Source: a phage. Taken from it: DNA of 64,000 nucleotides. The translations under genes and the position numbers were made by a program. The stretch lies in the NCBI GenBank assembly GCA_012646185.1, contig GCA_012646185.1_4706.1; one strand, given 5' to 3'. Positions 58,551 to 64,000 of the stretch are shown in pieces. How positions within the stretch are numbered: position 1 is the first letter of the stretch; each line of letters starts with the position of its first letter. Under the pieces are notes generated by a model. The model saw only the letters and a program-made list of their open reading frames with translations. It ran no database searches and had not been told where the DNA came from.

Positions 58551-60137
58551 TTATTTTTTTCCTCTTAAATTTACTACGTGTTCATTTAATCGAACAACTA
58601 ATTGCACAAGCTGCTGACGGATATCTGCTGGACAAAGCATCAATCCTTTACGGTCAGCTGGGACTTTCTCAAGGATTTCCGGGCCTGCTGCTGAAACATC
58701 CCAGTCCCATTCACAAAACGCATCGGCCACCATGTTAATACCGACAACCGGTAAAGTTGTACGTTCATCTTCATACATGGCGTGTGGATACAATTTATTG
58801 ACAGTAATGATCTCCTGTGGTTTTAATTGGTGGATAATCTGATAAACATCGTCGCGTTTGACCTGGATACCTACGGTCAGCGCTGCCAGTTGAGGAAAAC
58901 CCCAATGGTCTAATAAGCAAGCTGCAATCGCTAACGCTTTTGCTTGATGCACGGCTTCAATCGGTGCCAGACTTCTCGCCGGAAGATGGCTATCAAGCAA
59001 CCATTGTGCCAGTGCTCGGCATCCACGGTTGATTGGTTTTAACTCAACGGTGTCATCATGTTTAGCGTACGTGTATCCGTCGTAACGTTTTGCGATACGC
59101 GCATACATGTCTTCAACTTTACCGTAAGGTGCCGTTTCGTCGACGTCGTGCAACACACGTTCCATCTGGGTAAGATACGCGATATCAAGAATGAGTACAC
59201 GCGGTGAACGTTTATCTTTCACCATCAACGCATCAATCACGCCTTGACTGTCTTCATCTTGCGCGTTCCCTCGTGGGGTTTTCTCACGAATCGGTCCGCT
59301 GAAACGTCGTTCCGTACAAAGGTTATTCACATAGCTAAAGATCAGTGTTACCAGATGCGTACAACTCACCAACACCCCATCTTTAACGACAGGCTGTACG
59401 GCTTGGTCCAAGTCGCGTACGGCGAGACGGCGGACGATGGCTTGTGAACGCAACCAGCCGGGCACTTTCTCCGTCGACATGTAATCCACGGTCATCGACA
59501 GCGTGATCTTTTTATCACCCGTCTGTGCGCGGATATAGTCTTCCAGTCGGTCGTAAGCGGCGATATCGTGAATGCGTGTTTTATACATCAACGACATAGC
59601 CACTTCTTCTTTACGAACCGTTCCGTACGTTTTCCCTGCGTCAATCAGAAACTCTGCCCAAATCGGCACCATCAGACGGACGTAGATCGCTAACGCCGTT
59701 AACTCAACGTAATCATTTCGTAAATAGGTTTTCTCAGGAATATCATCCTCACCTAATGTTGTTTTCATGTCCGGCGGTAATTTTACCCAACCCGGGGTAT
59801 TACACAACGCCAGAATCTCTTCGTACACAACCGGTTTGTAAATTTCACCAACAGCGCGACTCAACTCCTCCATTTGTTGTTGTGGAGCAATGTAGTTATC
59901 CATCGCTTCACGTGCTTTAACGAACCCTTCGAAGATGTCGTCAATTCGACGTGGGTTCTTTTGTTCTATCCAGGCGAGATACTTGTTAATCTCCCGCATC
60001 TGATTGCTAGCCATATCCCCATCAATCTTGATGTAACCCTGACCTGAAAATTCCACAGTACGTCCATCACGGTGTTTGATGAGATAGTGATCCAGCTTTT
60101 CTTTTCCTTGCGTCGTAATGACGGGCACTATGTGCAT
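58551..60137 (-). CDS. hypothetical protein (~528 aa)
   Basis: Start moved to ATG 60137 (MHIVPV) with AAGAGG SD. Confidence 0.6.
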   Translation of the reverse strand: MHIVPVITTQGKEKLDHYLIKHRDGRTVEFSGQGYIKIDGDMASNQMREINKYLAWIEQKNPRRIDDIFEGFVKAREAMDNYIAPQQQMEELSRAVGEIYKPVVYEEILALCNTPGWVKLPPDMKTTLGEDDIPEKTYLRNDYVELTALAIYVRLMVPIWAEFLIDAGKTYGTVRKEEVAMSLMYKTRIHDIAAYDRLEDYIRAQTGDKKITLSMTVDYMSTEKVPGWLRSQAIVRRLAVRDLDQAVQPVVKDGVLVSCTHLVTLIFSYVNNLCTERRFSGPIREKTPRGNAQDEDSQGVIDALMVKDKRSPRVLILDIAYLTQMERVLHDVDETAPYGKVEDMYARIAKRYDGYTYAKHDDTVELKPINRGCRALAQWLLDSHLPARSLAPIEAVHQAKALAIAACLLDHWGFPQLAALTVGIQVKRDDVYQIIHQLKPQEIITVNKLYPHAMYEDERTTLPVVGINMVADAFCEWDWDVSAAGPEILEKVPADRKGLMLCPADIRQQLVQLVVRLNEHVVNLRGKK

Positions 60138-60194
60138 AACAACCTCTTTTCGCGGTTCCCTGTTAAAACGTCTTCTGTGACGTCTACCACAAAG

Positions 60195-60210
60195 GTAATA
60201 TAAGCGTGAA
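60195..60210 (-). promoter_or_regulatory. variant of the conserved promoter-like element (gtaatataagcgtgaa), about 58 nt upstream of ATG at 60137
   Basis: Matches the 20-mer at 14177 and 42189 at 14 of 16 positions; minus-sense reads TTCACGCTTATATTAC. Confidence 0.3.
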
Positions 60211-60341
60211 TAATTTTGGATTCCGGCTGAGTTATCGCTCAGCATGCAAGGCATCCCGCCGAAGCGAGACACCTTGCACTAACGGAAAATATTCGCGTTA
60301 CCTTCTGAATCGAAGACTCAGAATGCGATGCTAAAGCGTTA

Positions 60342-61130
60342 TTAGAACGCTAAGCCATCAAAGGCTATGGACGGATCGTCGTCGTCATTTGCGCTTGGCG
60401 CATCCCAACGGGTATCAGGGGCCGCTGAAGCCGAACTTGATGCGTTAGAGTTACCGTTGTACTGGCCATTACCAGCATTACGGTTACCGCCGCCGTTGTT
60501 ATTGTTACGGTTATAGCTATTGTTGCCATTACTTACGCTACGGCTTTCACCGTCGAAATTGGTTGCGAGGATGCTCGGCAACACTGCGCGATGAATACGT
60601 ACAAATTCCAACGCACAAAGCGGAGAAACAACCCCGATCTGTAAAGGTTGCCCAGACTCATCAACCAGAGCGTGGAAACGCGGCGGCTTGAATACGAATT
60701 GGATGTTCGGTTTTTGGTACGCTGTTACAGCGATATATACCGAACCATCATCGTTCTTACCAACCCATGTTGTACTTTCGGTAATCTGTTTCTTCTTACC
60801 TGGGTTATTGCGATCGTCGATAACCTTTTCGTTCTTCATCGCAAAACGTTGGCCTGGTTTACCCTTAGCAACCTGCTCGAGGATCGCAAGCAGGTTATAG
60901 AACGCGTATGAACTCATGCGCGCCCAAATGCTTTCAGCGCGACCCTGCTGGTCTTTACGACCGGTGTAAACCGTGATACGCGGTTGATTCTTAGCAACGC
61001 TAATTTTCAATGAGGGGATTGAATTACCGCCCTCAACCTTTTCGTCCGCCCACAGTTTCCAGTTGTTGTCGTCATACGCTGTAGGAATAATGTTTCCTTG
61101 TGGTTTACTGCCCGAATTCCAATTGCTCAT
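60342..61130 (-). CDS. putative single-stranded DNA-binding protein (SSB-like architecture)
   Basis: Globular N-terminal part, then Asn/Gly-rich linker (NRNNNNGGGNRNAGNGQYNGNSN) and acidic C-terminal tip DDDDPSIAFDGLAF, reminiscent of SSB tails ending DDDIPF. Confidence 0.45.
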   Translation of the reverse strand: MSNWNSGSKPQGNIIPTAYDDNNWKLWADEKVEGGNSIPSLKISVAKNQPRITVYTGRKDQQGRAESIWARMSSYAFYNLLAILEQVAKGKPGQRFAMKNEKVIDDRNNPGKKKQITESTTWVGKNDDGSVYIAVTAYQKPNIQFVFKPPRFHALVDESGQPLQIGVVSPLCALEFVRIHRAVLPSILATNFDGESRSVSNGNNSYNRNNNNGGGNRNAGNGQYNGNSNASSSASAAPDTRWDAPSANDDDDPSIAFDGLAF

Positions 61131-61203
61131 TTTCAGCCTCGTTACGTAGTGTGAATCAATTTCTGGTTCAGATGATAGTCAATATTAGTTAAAAATTACA
61201 GCC

Positions 61204-62037
61204 TCAGCGGAACATGTCCAACAGAAAACGTTTTGCGAAGGGGTCACGTAACTGGTTGACACCAAAGCGTGTACGGTCTTCTGTTGTTAATGGATTCCAT
61301 TGACTCTGTTTCGCAAGATCTAACAGCATCCTTTTTATTTTCACCGGCCCACTGTTGAACTGTACGGCTTGGTCACCGAACGTTCCCAACGTCATCTTTG
61401 TAAATGGAAGATTCGCAACCTCTGGACGATCCCCACCAGTAAGTTTGGTCGACCACTGATGTTTTCGTTTCAAGGTTCCAGTATGGCTTTCTACCAAAAT
61501 AAGTTCACCAAAACCGGTTCTTGCCAACAAGTCAGAAACATAGTGCGTGGTGATATACGATGTCTTGGTTATCGTGGGTAATTTACAATCCATCGATTCG
61601 ATATTAGGGAGTCGATCTACAGACGCCATCAACCCACGATAAAGTGTAGCGAGTCCTTTTTGTTTTTCGGTGTGTGGCTCCTTATGTATAGCGTGCGGAT
61701 AAACACGCTTTATTGACGCATAGGTTGGCGCATATATCCGCAAACGAATATGGGGAACGAGTTCATTCACCAACTGCCTTAGCTGCAGTAACTCGTTTTG
61801 AAAATCCCCTGTTATCATCGATAACGGTAATTTATGTTGTTCAACGTCTTCAAAGCTTTCAACGAAATTGCGTGCTAAAGTACGCAGGTTGAACAACCAA
61901 TCCATCGGTGTTTCTGGCTGTTGCTGTACTGCTGATAGTGTTGCTGACGTCCCTACCGATAAAGGATAATCACCTAACGTGCGGGCGTACATATTGCTCA
62001 TACCCCACAACTCCTTCTTATCATGGCAACGTATCAA
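61204..62037 (-). CDS. hypothetical protein (277 aa)
   Basis: ORF, overlaps downstream nuclease gene by 17 nt. Confidence 0.5.
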   Translation of the reverse strand: MIRCHDKKELWGMSNMYARTLGDYPLSVGTSATLSAVQQQPETPMDWLFNLRTLARNFVESFEDVEQHKLPLSMITGDFQNELLQLRQLVNELVPHIRLRIYAPTYASIKRVYPHAIHKEPHTEKQKGLATLYRGLMASVDRLPNIESMDCKLPTITKTSYITTHYVSDLLARTGFGELILVESHTGTLKRKHQWSTKLTGGDRPEVANLPFTKMTLGTFGDQAVQFNSGPVKIKRMLLDLAKQSQWNPLTTEDRTRFGVNQLRDPFAKRFLLDMFR

Positions 62038-63163
62038 GCCAAGCAGAAACCTTTAAGGCATCAACGTTCGGGTATTTATTACGAATGCGTTCGACCAACA
62101 AACGCTTAACGTTGTCCTTTGTCAAGTCCCCACCTTTCTCGATAACGTTATTGACAAAACTGTTCTTTAATAGCGACTGGTTGTTCTTGGCATCCGTTTT
62201 AATTGACCAGACAAAACCTGGATACAAAGAAGGGATAGAACGAAACGTTTTCGCCGCATCGTCTTCCTTATCGCAGCGTATTCGGATATGATCACCCTTC
62301 TTCAATGGAGCCAATTCCCGTTCCAACACACGGACAATTTCATCTCCAACAAGACCATGCAGTTTTATCGTCTTGTAGACATCTGCTTTCTTGTTTTCAA
62401 CAAATTCCCACTGGTCGTTAAACGTTTCCGTTAACATATAACGGAGATACCCTTTTGGACCTTCTTCACCGTGCGCCAAGCGACCGAACGAACCGCCAAC
62501 CATGATACGTCCTTTCTGGGATTGTAAGTGGATGTGCCCGCTCACGACCCACCCTTGGGTCTTCTCCACCATTGCGTTATACGCATCGCTGCTATGAACA
62601 CATGTTGCTTTTAACGCTTCTGGTGGAAGCTGATATTCAAACGCGCCATGCATCAGAATGAAGTCCGGCGATCCCTTCTCATCAATAAGTCGGTTCACAG
62701 CCGACAACGTCACATCCGGATCGTGGCTGTAGTTATCTGGAAGATAGAGCACTTTTAAACCAAAGTCTTCATCAACCATGCAGAGATCATCGTAATAACG
62801 AACTTTCGCTCCTATCTCCATGACCTCGTTCTGTTCAACGAACCACTGGCTTTGCTTCTGGTCGTGTAAATTGGTACCCTCAAGAAAGATCAACGTAATA
62901 TCGTGTTTTCTTGCATACCGTAACAACCAGGTGCCCCAGGCACGAACAGCAACCACGTCACTCGTCACAAACGTCGTGATACGATCGAAGACATCACCGC
63001 TGAACGTAATCACATCAAGCAGCGCAGGATCTTCTTTTGTAATGTAATAACGCAGTTGGCTAATCAGGTTTACTGTCGGTGTTTGACGATGGATAAAGTG
63101 AATATCCGACAAATTGATTCCACGTAATACCCCAGGCGTTTTATTTCGACTGAAGTCTCGCAT
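62021..63163 (-). CDS. calcineurin-like metallophosphoesterase, Mre11/SbcD-like nuclease candidate
   Basis: Motifs in order: LSDIHFIH (DxH), FSGDVFDR (GDxxD), LEGTNLHD (GNHD-like), ILMHGAFE (H), VSGHIHLQ (GHxH). Confidence 0.55.
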   Translation of the reverse strand: MRDFSRNKTPGVLRGINLSDIHFIHRQTPTVNLISQLRYYITKEDPALLDVITFSGDVFDRITTFVTSDVVAVRAWGTWLLRYARKHDITLIFLEGTNLHDQKQSQWFVEQNEVMEIGAKVRYYDDLCMVDEDFGLKVLYLPDNYSHDPDVTLSAVNRLIDEKGSPDFILMHGAFEYQLPPEALKATCVHSSDAYNAMVEKTQGWVVSGHIHLQSQKGRIMVGGSFGRLAHGEEGPKGYLRYMLTETFNDQWEFVENKKADVYKTIKLHGLVGDEIVRVLERELAPLKKGDHIRIRCDKEDDAAKTFRSIPSLYPGFVWSIKTDAKNNQSLLKNSFVNNVIEKGGDLTKDNVKRLLVERIRNKYPNVDALKVSAWLDTLP

Positions 63164-63945
63164 CAGAATTCCTCTAGGTTGCTGCTGCTAATAGTCCCCG
63201 TCGTAGACGGCATGTTTCTACTACCCACCGACGCAGTTGTTGAAGAGGTTCTGGCTAGATTCAATCCATTTAATAACCCACGCTCTTTTACCGTACGACG
63301 TGAACCATCACGAACATCGTAAAGGGGTACGTTATAATGGTCAAAAATCCGAAGCCATTGCACGTAATCAGCAACAACATGGTCTTTGCTTTCATTCGGG
63401 GCAAAGCGATCAAGCTGATGGTCGACGTAAGCTTTAGCGCTTTCAGGATTGAAGTTATACTGTCGACGTGCTTTGTCCACCATCGCGAGGAAACATGTGT
63501 TGGGGTCACGATTGATGTATGAACGTGTCCGGATAAAGATAGCCGGTACCGTAAACAGAACCTTGTTGTTATTCCCATCAGCAACGATGTTAACCGCACG
63601 ATGCGGTTGGCCTGCTATCTTACACCAATCGTGAACAATGGTGCTATTACTCAGCATCTCCGCGTATTCAGGATCCTGCGAAAACATTCCTGCGAACGGA
63701 TACAAGAAATGTTTAACGAACAGCGATTCAGGCAGGATGTTGGGACGCGTCATCTCCTGTAAACCTTTTCGTAGAAGCTCGCTATTGTCTACCAGCTCCT
63801 GCCACATGTCCGGTCGTGTTTTCGGGATGGACGGATCCTGAGCGCGGCGAATGCGCTCTTCCTCATTTACAACCACTACCCCAGCCGGATACCCCAATAA
63901 ATCCGTTCCTTCGCTAACGTTGCTGTTAGTTTGGCGCGCCTTCAT
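63163..63945 (-). CDS. hypothetical protein (260 aa)
   Basis: ORF, 1-nt overlap with nuclease gene. Confidence 0.5.
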   Translation of the reverse strand: MKARQTNSNVSEGTDLLGYPAGVVVVNEEERIRRAQDPSIPKTRPDMWQELVDNSELLRKGLQEMTRPNILPESLFVKHFLYPFAGMFSQDPEYAEMLSNSTIVHDWCKIAGQPHRAVNIVADGNNNKVLFTVPAIFIRTRSYINRDPNTCFLAMVDKARRQYNFNPESAKAYVDHQLDRFAPNESKDHVVADYVQWLRIFDHYNVPLYDVRDGSRRTVKERGLLNGLNLARTSSTTASVGSRNMPSTTGTISSSNLEEF

Positions 63946-64000
63946 TTACTTCCTCCTGCCACTTGATAAAATTACCACGCTCGGATCGCAGAACACCGCC

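Noticed and set aside
60138-60341. Possible tRNA gene in the hairpin-rich intergenic region
   Set aside because: No cloverleaf could be assembled and there is no T-loop (GTTCRANYC) or anticodon-arm pattern; the stems are too long and too GC-paired for tRNA arms.

Overview
This 64 kb window reads as part of a large tailed phage genome, probably a jumbo phage with its own multisubunit RNA polymerase, from an enterobacterial-type host. Gene calls rest on manual motif reading only; no database search was possible. Almost all genes are on the minus strand, tightly packed and often overlapping; a two-gene plus-strand island sits at 42.3-46.0 kb. Content: (i) a tail fiber module at 1-8.4 kb, including a partial long tail fiber with a lambda Stf-like region and two blocks of ~41-aa fiber repeats; (ii) a lysis-like cluster at 10.9-13.7 kb (secreted SleB-like hydrolase, small membrane and secreted proteins); (iii) many small early-type genes at 14-42 kb, including a GNAT, a methyltransferase, six tandem HTH paralogs, NAD-dependent DNA ligase, thymidylate synthase with insertions, a DEDDh exonuclease fusion, a metallophosphatase and an HD protein; (iv) an SF2 helicase and a DUF285-repeat protein on the plus strand; (v) a 46-64 kb block with RNA polymerase beta-prime-like and beta-like subunits, a second helicase, an SSB-like protein and an Mre11/SbcD-like nuclease. 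The most notable signals are the phage RNA polymerase subunits, a recurring GC hairpin followed by a YTTATGCYG box, and a repeated TATATTAC-containing 20-mer upstream of genes. No tRNA, CRISPR array, integrase or transposase was recognised. Start codons of several track ORFs were revised where a Shine-Dalgarno sequence supported an internal start.
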